The notes under the pieces are model-generated. The model searched no databases. It saw only the letters and a program-made list of their open reading frames with translations, and was not told the DNA's origin. Below are positions 11,628 through 24,033 of a DNA stretch of 64,000 nt, piece after piece (the first letter of the stretch is position 1; the number at the start of each line of letters is the position of its first letter). A program made the position numbers and the translations under genes. Origin of the DNA: Setoptus koraiensis (lineage: Eukaryota; Animalia; Arthropoda); the NCBI GenBank assembly GCA_048013815.1, contig CM106585.1, forward strand, positions 12,152,001-12,216,000. Reading direction: 5' to 3'.

Positions 11628-13131
11628 ATGGACGCTTACGAGACCAAAATTGGGGCGCGCCGACAGTCGCAGACGGGCGCCCCACAAAAAGACAGCAGCA
11701 ACGGATTGGATATATTGGCGGATAGAATTAATCAATTGAAGGCACTGTTTGAGCACGAATACAATGAAAATAGTCAACTCTATGATAAGAGAGACTATGA
11801 CAGATTTATGGATTCCCGAGACGATTGGTACGCCCGACGGTGGATCATTTATCAGCGCGATCCAAATATTGCATACGAGATGGTTAAAGATACACTTAGA
11901 TGGCGAAAAGAGATGGGCCTGAACGACATGACATACGAGGATTTTCCCCGGGAATTCTACGAATGCGGTTGTGTGTTTGAGTATGGCCGCGACAAGATGG
12001 GTGAGTGAAGAGCGAGCAATCATCCGTTATTATCATCCATTATTGAATGGATATCGATGAGCATAATAAATATTCATCACGATCTTGTTCTCGCACCAAA
12101 AAAACAAACAAACAAACAAACAAACAAAAACAAATTATCACAATAGGTCGCTGCGTGATGTATGTCAGGTGCAGGCTGTTCAAGCCCATGGCCGACCTGA
12201 CCGAGATCTATGACAAATTCTTCGCCTTCATGATAGACCAATGCGACAAAAGATCCGGACCGTTGGGCTTCTCGCTGGTGTTCGATGTGACAGACGCGGG
12301 CCTGTCCAACGTCGAAATGGTGAGTACTCTCTATCCGGCAACACTAATTGCTTTTCGCCGGTCTTGCCCGGCCGGCTCGCACACCCGCCGAGCTAGCCGA
12401 GCCAGCCGAGCCGGCCGATGGGCATGGATGGGGCCAGACAGGCTAAATGTCGACCAACAATGACTCATGACAATAGTGACTCATTTATGACTAGCTAATT
12501 ATCGTCGCACCAACTGTGAAGCCGAGCTCTTTGCGCAATCATGTCGTCAGCGGCATGCGCGCAACCTGTTATGATAATTAATTAACTTTTCGCCATGCAT
12601 AACCTGTTGTATTATTGGCGTACGCTTATGCAAATCGACTTATTGCACAAATCAGTGTACGCTGCAAATTACTAACGCTGCTGCTTGTACAATCTTTAAT
12701 TTCAATAATCACCACACACACACAACTAACCACCCATGCGCAACGACCATTAGTCTACAATAAAATTCATGACTAGTCTTAGGGATAGATTTCCGATGGC
12801 GTCAAAACAGATTCTCGTTGCGGGTCTGCCATGGGTACTAAAGCCAATATTTGCCATTGTCATGAGCCTCATACCGGCAAGTCAAGCGGCGGCGTTCAAA
12901 TTGATTGGCACACTAGCGGAACTAAATCAATACATAGACGAAAATCAGACACCATCCCAATTAGGCGGAACATCCAAGAGCAAATTTCAATTGGTACCAA
13001 AAAGAACTAGAGAAGCTAAAGATTTCGAGAACATATCGTCTGGGGCGGCGGCAAAATTGCGCAAGCACGTGGACAGCAAAACGGACAAGAACGACATCGA
13101 GATAGTGGACGGATTGAGAGTCATGCACTAA
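11628..13131 (+). CDS. CRAL-TRIO (Sec14-like) lipid-binding protein, MOSPD2-like N-terminal type; join(11628..12000,12147..12319,12754..13131), 307 aa
   Basis: Three ORF-track fragments join in frame through GTGAGT donors at 12001 and 12320 and TAG acceptors ending at 12146 and 12753. Motifs: YARRWIIYQ..AYEMVKDTLRWRK, GRDKMGRCVMYVR, VFDVTDAGLSNVEM, LPWVLKPIFAIV, LNQYID..PSQLGG. Confidence 0.85.
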
Positions 13132-14260
13132 CGATTGTCGCCAACACACTAGCACTGTCGCTAATTAATTAATCACTTAATTAATCAAGAGATGACGAGT
13201 GGCGCATGGCTTCTCACAGTGTTGGCCGACTCATTGGCCGGATGTGTTGGTCAGCCACGTAATCAACGGCTACCGTAATGCACCGACAGTGTTGGTCGTT
13301 TGCACACAGTATGGCAACTCGAGTCGCAATAGTGAATACTGAATACTGAATACGCAAACAGAGAGAGGGATTATCAAACCGAAATGCCACCTCGTAATCC
13401 AATTGACATTAAATTGTGTGCCATTATAGCTACCTTTGAAGTTTAAAGTTGAACGTGTTTTATCTTTAGGTGTAACATAGTAAATGATCTTAAAAAATAA
13501 AAAAGCAATTACTGTATCAGTATCATCAGATTATTTGACAGCTCATTCACAGTTCGTTCATTCTTTTGTGTGCTGGTTCTTTTCCACAGTGATGGGTAAT
13601 GGTAATTGATTGTTGATTCGTCGTTATGGTACCGGCGCCCGCCGGCTGCCAACATGGTTACATAATATGTAATGTATGTATAATGTATAGTAAGGGGGAA
13701 TCTATAATTAGCGTTGCACATAGATCCGCTTGATTTGTTGTTGATTTGAATCATGTGAATCATGTGTAATATATAATACATTAGATATGATAGAGATTAT
13801 GTAATAACTATTGCTCGTTACAGGACAGCATCTCGGCATTTGTTGGTCTGGCCAGACCAAAAATGCCAATAGTGCGCATACAACGAGGCCGCGCACTGTT
13901 GGGTGATGTGGCCGCCATCCGATAATCTGGTGCAATATGATTTAAGAGGAGAGATTTACCAATAAGCCGATTGGGTGAGTGATTATCATTCTTGCTTGAA
14001 GCTCGGTAATAAGGACTGCATTTTGTTCATCACTTGTAACGCCGCGCCCGATACGTTGCCGTTCAGTAGTTTGGCTGACATTTGTTAATCATATTCGCAC
14101 GGTTGAAATGGTTATTGCGTGGCGTCGACAGAGAATGTGAGACGGGCCAGTTTTAGCCAGCCAGCGCATCCAGTCAGAGTGAGGAGGCACCATGGAAAAG
14201 AAGTGGACAAGATGAGGTTAATTATCGCCGATCGATCTCTATCGAAGCGTTGGCCTGACG

Positions 14261-15278
14261 TTAGCTAACTAGGCACTTGAAGCGACTAGCCACTGAGCGC
14301 GACGAGGCGCGGGGTGAGGGCGCAGACTGCGGGGGGCCTCAGCCGACGCGAGCGGCCGACGACCCCGCAGTTTGTGGGCCCCGCCGCATCAGCGCAATTG
14401 GTGGAGAGAGAGAGAAAGAGAGAGAGAATCAATTTGTTAATTAACTCACAGGTAATGTCGGTGTCGTCAACAGAGTTGACTCCCCTGCTTGAACTGTATT
14501 TGCTTCTGGCGTTAGCCGGATTCATGGCCGCGATGTGTTGCGCCATCAGGTTGGCCTGTTGTTGGCTCGATGCCTTGGGCTCGGCCTGGCTCTTGCTTTC
14601 TTTGCTCTTGATTCCGTACTGATCGCGCATTTGGTCCCAGCGACGTTGTTGCGGCGGGTGGACGCGGCAGTTTTATGCAGATCAGCAACAACATGATGCA
14701 TAATTGCATAATTGCGTAACAGAGTGATGGAGTGACGGTTAGCATGGTGGGGCACAACAGACACATGATGCAACAGACTGTGCGTTTGGCTCAATTGCGG
14801 CGACTTACCTTCTTTCTGACGCTCTCGCGCATTATCTCGCGCTGCTCTTCCATCTTTCTGTGCACGTTCTTTCTGGCCTCTTCGGCCTCGCGAATGGCCG
14901 CCAGTCTGTCTCGCCTCTTCTCCTCCTCGAGTTTGTTTCGTTCCTCTGTGCTCATGGTGTCGCTGCTCATGTCGGCTGCAAACGGGGTGCGAAGTGTGAA
15001 GAATTCAGGGAATTATCATTATGCTGTGTTATTCAAACTGAACATTGGGACAACTCAATTGAGCTGATTGAGTAAATGTAAACTTGAGATTTGGTCACGC
15101 TGGCCGGCTCGATTTAGTGCCGATTAGTATCGATTGGTATCGATTGGTATCGATTGGTATCGGTTGGTATCGGTTGGTATCGGCGACAGTGTGGTGACAG
15201 TGTGGCGACGCGCTCACCTTTGACCGGCCCGATGGAAAACTGCTGGCCAATCATTTGTTTTGCCAGGAAGGCGGCCAT
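14261..15278 (-). CDS. cpx: Complexin (synaphin), 142 aa, with C-terminal CaaX box; complement(join(14261..14292,14450..14618,14809..14975,15218..15278))
   Basis: Exon 1 encodes MAAFLAKQMIGQQF (the conserved complexin N-terminus). The central SNARE-binding helix HRKMEEQREIMRESVRKK|YGIK spans intron 2. Donors GTGAGC, GTAAGT, GTGAGT; all phases are consistent. The protein ends FKCLVS*. Confidence 0.92.
15121..15180. repeat. 10-bp tandem repeat (CGATTGGTAT) x6 in complexin intron 1
   Basis: Direct reading; variant units CGATTAGTAT and CGGTTGGTAT. Confidence 0.92.
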
Positions 15279-15837
15279 CGTCGACGATTTGGGCCCCGCT
15301 AACCAACTGGACGCTGCTGATTGGTTGACACTGCTGACCGACTGGACACTGTTGACAGTGTGCTTGCTGGAGCAGCTATTACTCTGGCAGCGCTCGCTGG
15401 GCGCCTATCGACTGTCGATCGGCTGCGATTGGCACTGAGTCGGAACGGCCACGGATAAACTATAACTGTGTTATGGGGCGAACCAGTTCGGTGGCCGGCG
15501 CCAAGTCCACGTAGATACACTGTGTGCTGCTTGCTTATTTATAATGTGAACGAGCCGACGATAACGTAAATGGCGACACTAAATGGCTCATTGATTGTGA
15601 ACGGGCGAGTCGACTCTGTTATTATATAACTGTCCATTATAAACACCGTCGTGTATGCATTGTCGTTGCGAGTTAATTTGCGAGTTTTGCAAGTCACAGT
15701 TTGTTTGCACCGCTGTTGTGTCACTTGTCCGCTGTCTCGCTGTCTCGCTGTCCACTCGCTGTTGCAGTGTCAGTAAGTATTGGTGCGCAAGTGCGCGCTG
15801 ATTTGTTTGCGATTCTATTAAATCCAATCGGCCAACT

Positions 15838-15887
15838 GGATCCGATTCGAACCGATCCGATCCGATTCGAACCGATCCGATTCGATC
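15838..15887. repeat. CCGAT/TCGAA-type CpG-rich repeat, with a 20-mer TCCGATTCGAACCGATCCGA x2
   Basis: Direct reading at 15841-15880. Confidence 0.85.
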
Positions 15888-16217
15888 TAGTGCGAGGCCC
15901 ACACACAACACACAACACGCGGCAGGCAGCGGCTCGCAGAACGCAATCGATGGCGGGCCGGTCCGACGGAGTCGCCTCGCTGCGCCGGATCACTGACAGC
16001 TGGCGAGTTCGTTTGAATCCACTTGGCGAGTCGCTTTTTTGGTGCCCGTTGGCTCGTCGGCTGGCTGTTATCGCTGCAAGTCTATTAAAGTTGCTATTAG
16101 GCCGTCTCCTAATCTGCTGCTGCTGCTGGTGCTGTTGCCGATTCGATTAACGGTTAGACGGGCCACTGCCGGGCACACAGTGGTCGATGTAAATGATGGC
16201 GCGCAGCTATCAAAATG

Positions 16218-16251
16218 TCGCTATGGTCGCTATGGTCGCTATGGTCGCTAT
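16218..16251. repeat. 9-bp tandem repeat (TCGCTATGG) x3.7
   Basis: Direct reading. Confidence 0.85.
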
Positions 16252-16456
16252 ATTGTCGGTGCAGTCGCTATAGTCACTTTGCGACTGGCTCGCTGCCAAC
16301 AACTACAATTGCGCGCTGATTGTCGAACCGGTTGAGTTGTTCTCTTTCTCCCATTTCCCCCTAATTCGCGATGGTGTGTGTCTTGTCGTTGTTGTTGTCG
16401 TCGTTGACGTCACTCTCTGGCGCCGTTTTGTGATCACTGATCACTGAGTTTTGTGC

Positions 16457-16493
<37 letters not shown>

Positions 16494-19400
16494 GCCGTCG
16501 CTGTTGACCATTTAGTTTGCTATTCATAATCAACATCACACACACACACGCACGCACAAATAAACGCACCCACTCAAACTCACACTCCGAAAAGCGAAAA
16601 CCGAGAACCGAAAATCGCTCACCGCGCCACTCAAACCCGGGGCGCGCGTACCCACGCACGCGGCCCGCTATGCCTGCCTGTACCTTTTTTTGCTCTACCA
16701 ACAATCATGACGCTTCCTATTACCGCCCCCACACAAACGGCCACCGGTCCCCGGGGCACAATGGACCCGCCGATTGATAATTCGCCATTTATCCGCCGTT
16801 TGTACGTGTCGCTGTACTTTAACTTTAACTAATATACAGCACGCCATACACACACAGGGCCGCCTATGTGTGTTTGCATTGTGTGCGAAAAGGGGCCCCT
16901 CCATTTTATCCCCATTATCTGCCATTATGTCATCATGCCATTATGCCCGATGCTGGCCAAAGTGTGGCCCAGTTTGCCGGGCCCAGTCTGGCCCAGTCTG
17001 GCCAACTCGCTCGGCTCATACGCGCCAAATCATAAGCGCCGGCCCCATGCCAGTGGCCTCCTTTGGCCCCCGGTGCGGATCTGGGCTCAAGCGGCCGCTC
17101 GCTGCAGCCAACATCCATAGTGCGGCCACATCTATCTCCATATGCGATGCCGGACAACGGCCACAATCGACGCCAACTGATCTAGATAAAAACTGATCCA
17201 TCATTCCTATAAAAGGGACCCCTTCGTGTGTGTTTGTGTCTGTTTGCAGTCTGTGTCTGTGTGCGTGTATCAAAGGGCCATAGTTCACCTAGTCCAAACA
17301 GGAACCAAAATGCCACAACAACAACAACAGCAACACTCTCTATGCTGGGCTCGTTCTAATCTCTTCATCTCGTAAACAAAGTTTGGGTCTCCCGAGTATG
17401 AATTGGATGTATTCAATTCATGTTGAGCCGCTCTCGATCTGAACTCGTTGGTAAACATTGTTGTTGCAACTCCGTCGGCCACTCGCCTCGATCCACTAAG
17501 CTCCACTGGCCTTCCTACCCACATACACCAAAATATCGGGCGCAATATCGGGCGAAATATCTGGACGAGATATTTGGCAAAATGAGGCATTAGTTTCATT
17601 TTCGTGTGTAAATATCAATATACATGCAACATGAATCATGATGATTAAACCTTGTGTAACACTTATACGCGCGTTAATATGCGCCACTCACAATATACCT
17701 CTATATGTTTGCGTGTCTCTCTATCACTTTATGAGCCTAGCAGACCCTTTGTGAAACTAGCTAACTCGCTCTTTAATTTGGCTATATTAATCTGCCACAG
17801 GTTGGCCACATCGTCGTGAACTCGTAGTGCTGTTTGGCCGGCTCCAGTGTCTCGCACACTGATGTAATAATTAGCCGGCCAACAGGGAAGTGAACTCAAT
17901 CGTCGTCTCGTGTTCATCGCGAGATCATAGTCACGAACGAAACACTATAGTTATAATGATAATATATGGCCAGTTCGATAGCGAGCTATCCCTGTGCATG
18001 GTGGATAATTAATAACCGGTGAAGCTCTCGCTCAAATTAATGGATTAACTGGGCTCATCGACAAACTCGCCGCTCGCCTGAGCGTCCTCTCACATCGCCC
18101 TCTCGCTCTGCCAGCACATCCTGTACCAGATGAAAAAAAAAACAGAAAAGGGTTGGCGTTGGCAGCAAACATTGGCCATATATCACCACTACGGTGCATA
18201 TAGCCACTAACAAAAAACATGATAGACGAAACGTTGATCGGATCGAAGCAAACAGATTGTGCTCGAACATGACCAGCGCAAGCTCCATTTCGGCAATTGA
18301 TCAAATTTGACGAATCTAATAAAAATCCAAATTACAATCGTCCTCGTAAGTGGACATTCTCTGGTCAGCAAAGATCAAGCGGCCCAATCAACATGGGCGC
18401 TCGTGCGCCATATTATTGTCGCTATACTTAGACAAGTGTAACTTTATATGTGACATCAGACGTAACTTGTGACTGTCTGTTTATTCAGACGATGACCCTA
18501 TGTGTGTCATCGTCGTCGACCCGATGATGTCAATTCTCGATGGTCATTTGATACAAGCACAAAAAGTCAATACCCTGACCACTAGAACAAACATTCAACT
18601 TCAAATCAATCAACGGCCTAACGGTTAGAATCATTCTAGGCTGTGGTCGATATAATGTATATACAATATTTTGCACAATGCCGTTGTCCGTTGAAGTTGT
18701 TGCTTTTTCATTCACTTATCATATTGGTCATACGCTTATAAATATGCCAGTATAAAGAGTTTACTCAACTTGCCATGATAATGCTATGCACCTATACGTG
18801 GTGACCGGTGGCCTCCTTTGCCTCTATATCTGCCTACAGATCCAGCGGGGTTGTACGAGCTCACCACTGATAGTCTAGATGAAAACTGATTCATCATTCG
18901 CACGTAATAGATATGAGACCGGTTCGCTGGGTTCAACAGCAACGAGCTCGCCAAATGCTACACTAGCGGCATACACAGCTATTATCTAGGTAGGGCCGCG
19001 AGATTTTTTTTCTTTCTGCTAGCTTATCTCTTCACCTCGCAATGATATTTATTTGCAAACACCATTCAGAGGGTAATAAAGAGTACACTACAATAGCACT
19101 GTTGGGACTGACATTAAATAGTATGTCGCTGGTGACCCTTTATCCCAGCCACCATCAGCAACCATTTAGCAATATTGTTAGTAATATTGTGCAAAAAATA
19201 GCATATTGCATAATTGAAGAGGGGGAGTGTGTGTGTGTATTGAGTGGAACTTTTATTTGGAGCGAAAAAGGAATCCAATTAAGTATTCAACTTGGATCTC
19301 TCCGTCTCATTTCAGTATTCAGCAATGAGTGCATTCAAATTCAGATGCTTGAATATTTTCTTTTTTAGCTCTTAACAAGGAATTTCTATTTTAGTTCTGC

Positions 19401-20062
19401 TGGAGTTGCCGGTTGTTTGGTTCTGTGTTCACTTTCATCAACTACACTCACATGTAGTTGCCAGTGGCTGGTTACGCGGAGTCAACAAACAACTCCATTG
19501 AGACTTTCTCAAACTTATAAAGAGAGCTTCGGAATTGATTGCTACCAAGAGTGATTGCAATATTGCTTAGCTACAAAACGATTAGTTTTCGAATACTGGT
19601 AGCTAACTGGTTGCGAATCACGTGCGTTACAGTTATTATGTTTACATATTGTTGTGCCTATTTACATTAGCAGTGCCATTATTAAGACTTACATGTTATT
19701 TTCTATCTAATATCCGCTACTTGGCAGATATTATACAAATCTATTTATATGTCTCATGAATGTGCGCCTATCTCTCCGTCGTGAAGGAAAGTTTTACTTA
19801 GATCAAACACGTGTTTGCAACTCAATGATAGTGTTAATAATAGTAATAATCATAATAATAATAATAGTAATAATAATAATATTTCTATATTGTGCTTGAA
19901 TAATAACAACGAGACTGGAGGTAGCGATTGTGGTGCAGTGGTTTTTTCCAAAATGAAGCTAGAACAAATTCTTTCTTACTCTCGATAGATACGGGCAAGG
20001 GTATATCCATGTAGCGCTGGACTGTCGTCAACCATAAATACAATGAATAGCTAACCAGCCTT

Positions 20063-23000
20063 TCAACTAGATCCGCCATCTTCTGGATCCTTCAGTGTAT
20101 GCCATTGAGCAATTGGTCTACGTGGGCTAGCCAACATGTCCATCCAGTGACGTAGCTCTGAACCAGAGGCCGCATTACAGCCGAGGACCACCTTGCCGAT
20201 GGGCTCTGAGGTACCAATTCTATCGTAATCAACCACAGTTACAACCAGTTGGACTTTTTGTATGTTCTCGAATGGTACCTCAAATGTAAACGATTCATTG
20301 TAGTATGGATTCAGGGTACATTTTTTGATTGATGTTTTCTTTTTCTTGATCCTACGACCTGTGTTGTGTTAAGGTGGTGTACGCAAATCATTACATGAAT
20401 CATAATTGTTGTATAGGTGCTAATAAATAGAAAGCTATAGAGAATTCCACACATCTACTATTACTTACCATTAATCACCAAGGCGATCTTCACATATGGA
20501 TCGGATAATCCTCCCACATCCATTTTCTTTAGGCTCTTAGCCTCCAAAACTACTACGGTGAGTTTTCCCGCCGTCGGTACATATCTCAAACTAAAACATA
20601 TATCTCCGAGCTTTGCCTGAAATAAGATTGCATAAGATCATTGTTCACAATGAATCAATATGTCATAAATTATTATAAATGTTACAATGTTCTAGTTAAC
20701 CATTATTTAAGCTATTTCGACAATATTAGCGCCGTCAAACATTCAAGCCATCTAACTATATCTAATCAGTCTATCTAAGCAAGCTAAGACACAATGTAAG
20801 CCTGTAAACAACTAGTGATAATGTGTATTCTTTGGCACATTACATATATAGTAGTAAGTGCTTGCTAGTATAGCTCTTGGAGAAAATATAGCTAAAAGCT
20901 TAGGCGCGTAATTATATACTCACATATAGGCGGATAGCGTTGAGCGTTTAGTGCGTATGTTTAGTGTGCAATTAATTAACAATATCACCATTGTTATTAT
21001 TATTTGTATTATTGTTAGTTAATTGCGAATAATATAAGATTATAGCGCGCGTAAGATGCACGATGTTTCGTTGTATCAAGCGTTAATAATAGTTTCGAAG
21101 GATGCGTCATAAATATTAGGTGACAGCAGTTGAGTAGTTATAGAAAAAATTGAGGCAGGATATCGAGGCATACAAAATATAATATGTTCAAGAAGGCAGC
21201 ATTCAAAGATTTGAGATACAGTTAGCAATTGTTAGTTTGCGTCTATGCGAAATATATATACATATGTACATATATGAGAGATTAGTTTAGTAGCATAGCT
21301 GCAAATAGATTCAACTAAAGGCGTTCCACTACGGATGTGAATCACTATAATTAAAACTTGTATCGGCTAGCTTGGCGCAATGCCCTTGCTAGCCATGATC
21401 AGCTATCGATTGTGCAACTATCACATGATTGTTCAACCATATGACCATAGTCTATTGAGGCGGGCGTATGGTTGCTTACCTGGCCTCCATCGGTCTCTAC
21501 TTTGGTTAGATTTCGCCATTCCTCAATTGTTTGTGCCAAGTCTATTGTATTCAATGGAATGCGCACCTCTCCGATTTGATCATGTTTCGAGAAGCTATTA
21601 AGCACACACCCAAGCAACAATGGATGCGATGGATTTGTGGTGATGAAACGGACAACATAAGTGAGGGTGAATTGAATGAAAAAAAAAAGAAATCAATAAT
21701 AAAATATGTACTATCAGTTGGACATGGCGAAAATGGAACAAACGAAATGACAGGCCCACTTACCGATCAAAGTCATAAACTGCGAACACAAGCGTCTTGG
21801 TGGTGACCTCGGCATAGGGTATCTTGAAATTAAATGTCTCGTTGAACACGGGATTAAGCGTTTTTCTGTGTACCTTTGTTTCAAATTTTTTCTTTTTGTC
21901 TGGCATCAAGTACACTTTGACATAAGGGTCGCTAGTGCCGCACATGTCCATGCCTGGCAAATCTTCGGCTTGCAGAACACCAACGGCCAAATTGGTGCTG
22001 TTGAAATCGTAATCAACACGATATTGCAACCTGCCCAATTTGTCCTCGTCTTTGGTCAATTCATCTTTGTCGCCTTCCTCATTTAATTCCATATTGTTGG
22101 CTAGTTGTTCATTTTCTGGTTGTACTTTTTCCTTGTACTGTTGGCCTAGTATCTGTATGTTCTTTAAATCAACTTTGTTAGGTAATAAACTACCGCTTCC
22201 TTTGCCGTCTTTGCCCCTAAACTTGCGCCACCATTTGCGTATAAACAAAAAGAAAATCAACAAACAAATAATGGCCACAAATAATAATGATAAAAAGACA
22301 CCCCAAATGGGTAAATGTGTCTTTTCCGCCACTTTAGCTATCATCATTTCGCTACTTCTACTATTTTCAGTTAGTCTGCTACTAGAAGTGGTTAATTTTT
22401 TCATAGTTGCATTGGCCATTATAGTTGCCGAAGTGGGTAGTGTTGAGGTCAACATAGCCACAAGCGGTACCTTTGTCACTGGCTGCTGTTGTTCATTAGC
22501 AAATGGATCTTGCTCATTATTATTGTTATTATTGGATGTGGGCGCCCATTCGCCGCCACCTCCAGCTAGCGTCTCTCTATTATTGTTATTATTGCCCCGT
22601 GTGTCGTTGTTATTGCCACTATCTGAGGCGCCACTGTTATATCCGCTGTCGTCCTGTCCGCCGGACGAAGAAACGCCCTGGCCCGGCTCGTCCAAGCCCG
22701 TTTGTTCTTGATCCGGTGGTGGTGTTGTGGTGGTGCTCGTCGAGGTGGTTGTTGTACTGGTGGTAGTGCTTGTTTTTGGCCTCCTCCTAAGTGGTCTGCG
22801 GTTTTGTTTCACTTGATTATGAGATCGCCAGTTGGTGCCGCCAGTGGTTGCTCCGGAGGCCGCAGTTGCGTGCTGCTCATCTTGATTATTGTTATTATTA
22901 TTGTTGTCATTACTATTGTGATTATTGCTATTATTATTATTATTATTGCTATTTTGATTATTATTGTGACTGTTGTAATTATTGTCCTCCGAGCCAGCGG

Positions 23001-23067
23001 ATTCTAGCTTGCGGGCTCCATCTTGTCGCTGCTGCAAGGACAAATGCAAACCGGCCGCGGACACCAT
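20063..23067 (-). CDS. Syt1: Synaptotagmin-1; complement(join(20063..20358,20469..20616,21480..21594,21764..23067))
   Basis: TM helix followed by C2A ([17 protein letters not shown]|FSKHDQIG) and C2B ([66 protein letters not shown]). All introns are GTAAG..AG with matching phases. First ATG is at 23067 (the track start at 23082 is TTG). Confidence 0.96.
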
Positions 23068-23401
23068 TTTGTTCAACTCCAAAACCTAAATAAGCGCCTA
23101 ATAAAGCAACCACTCATCTAATTAATTATCCGATCGTTGCGTGCTCTTTTTCTCTTGATTTAATTCATCTTGTCCAATTTTAAATTGCTTCAATTTCTCA
23201 ATTGAATTCTCCTCGCCAGACAAATCTCGTCACCGTTCGTCCATTCGCTCTCCCCGCACACCAACTATACAGATGGAATGTGCTGTTATTATTATTATTC
23301 TATTTTAAGCGGTGGTTGTTGTGTGTGTGTATCAAGTAGCCACCGTGCACCGTTGTGGAGCCTCCATTGTGTACTTTATCCTTGTATATAACTTCTCGGG
23401 C

Positions 23402-23403
<2 letters not shown>

Positions 23404-23446
<43 letters not shown>
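23404..23446. repeat. (CA)n microsatellite upstream of Syt1
   Basis: Direct reading. Confidence 0.95.
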
Positions 23447-23452
<6 letters not shown>

Positions 23453-24033
23453 CATAGCAGAGGCTCCACTGGCGCAGTAGAGCACCCAATTGGCACACTG
23501 ATCTGACTATACAGTGCATCAGCGCAAAGTGGCGCATTGGGGCCGCCGCTTTGGCCTCATTATGTACAGGATAGGCCAGTGCGTCTGGCCACACACACAC
23601 ACACACAAATTGTGTAACACACAGGCGCACAATGCGCGTGTATTTGTGCTGAATCATTCGACGCCAGAAGCACCATTCGCAAGCACGAAGGCTTTTCTGT
23701 GCAAACACACACACACACTCACACATACTGTATGTGTGTGACATACACACCGTAGCAGACCACAATACACATGTGCTGCGCACATATACAGTACAGCAGA
23801 GTGATTCTGTAACCACACAATCGAACACACACTTACAGTTACGGTATAGATAACGTAAGGCCACCGTGTTTGTTTACATCATACACAACTAATTCATTCA
23901 AAGCGAAAAAGTCATTCCATTTCCATAATTTGTCTACTTATTTACACCAAGGTTTATTATTTCAATTCGGAAATAAACTTTTCTTGAATTTATAACTCTT
24001 TATTTGTCTCTAGGGCCAATTATCAAAGCCATA

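Noticed and set aside
11343-16251. Short tandem arrays considered as CRISPR-like
   Set aside because: They have no unique spacers, units are only 9-14 bp, the context is eukaryotic, and there are no cas genes.
17285-17599. Minus-strand ORF containing a six-cysteine string (ECCCCCCGILVPVW)
   Set aside because: The cysteines come from a (TGT/TGC)n microsatellite of a type common throughout the window; no homology recognised.
18808-18823. GCCTCCTTTGCC resembles a stretch of human RNase P RNA
   Set aside because: The universally conserved P4-forming regions (CR-I and CR-V) are not seen nearby; treated as coincidence.
17181-18899. Block-2 hairpin read as an IRE, SECIS or box C/D snoRNA
   Set aside because: The loop UCAGUU is not CAGUGN and there is no bulged C; the stem is too short for a SECIS; there is no properly spaced C-box/D-box pair with a conserved guide.
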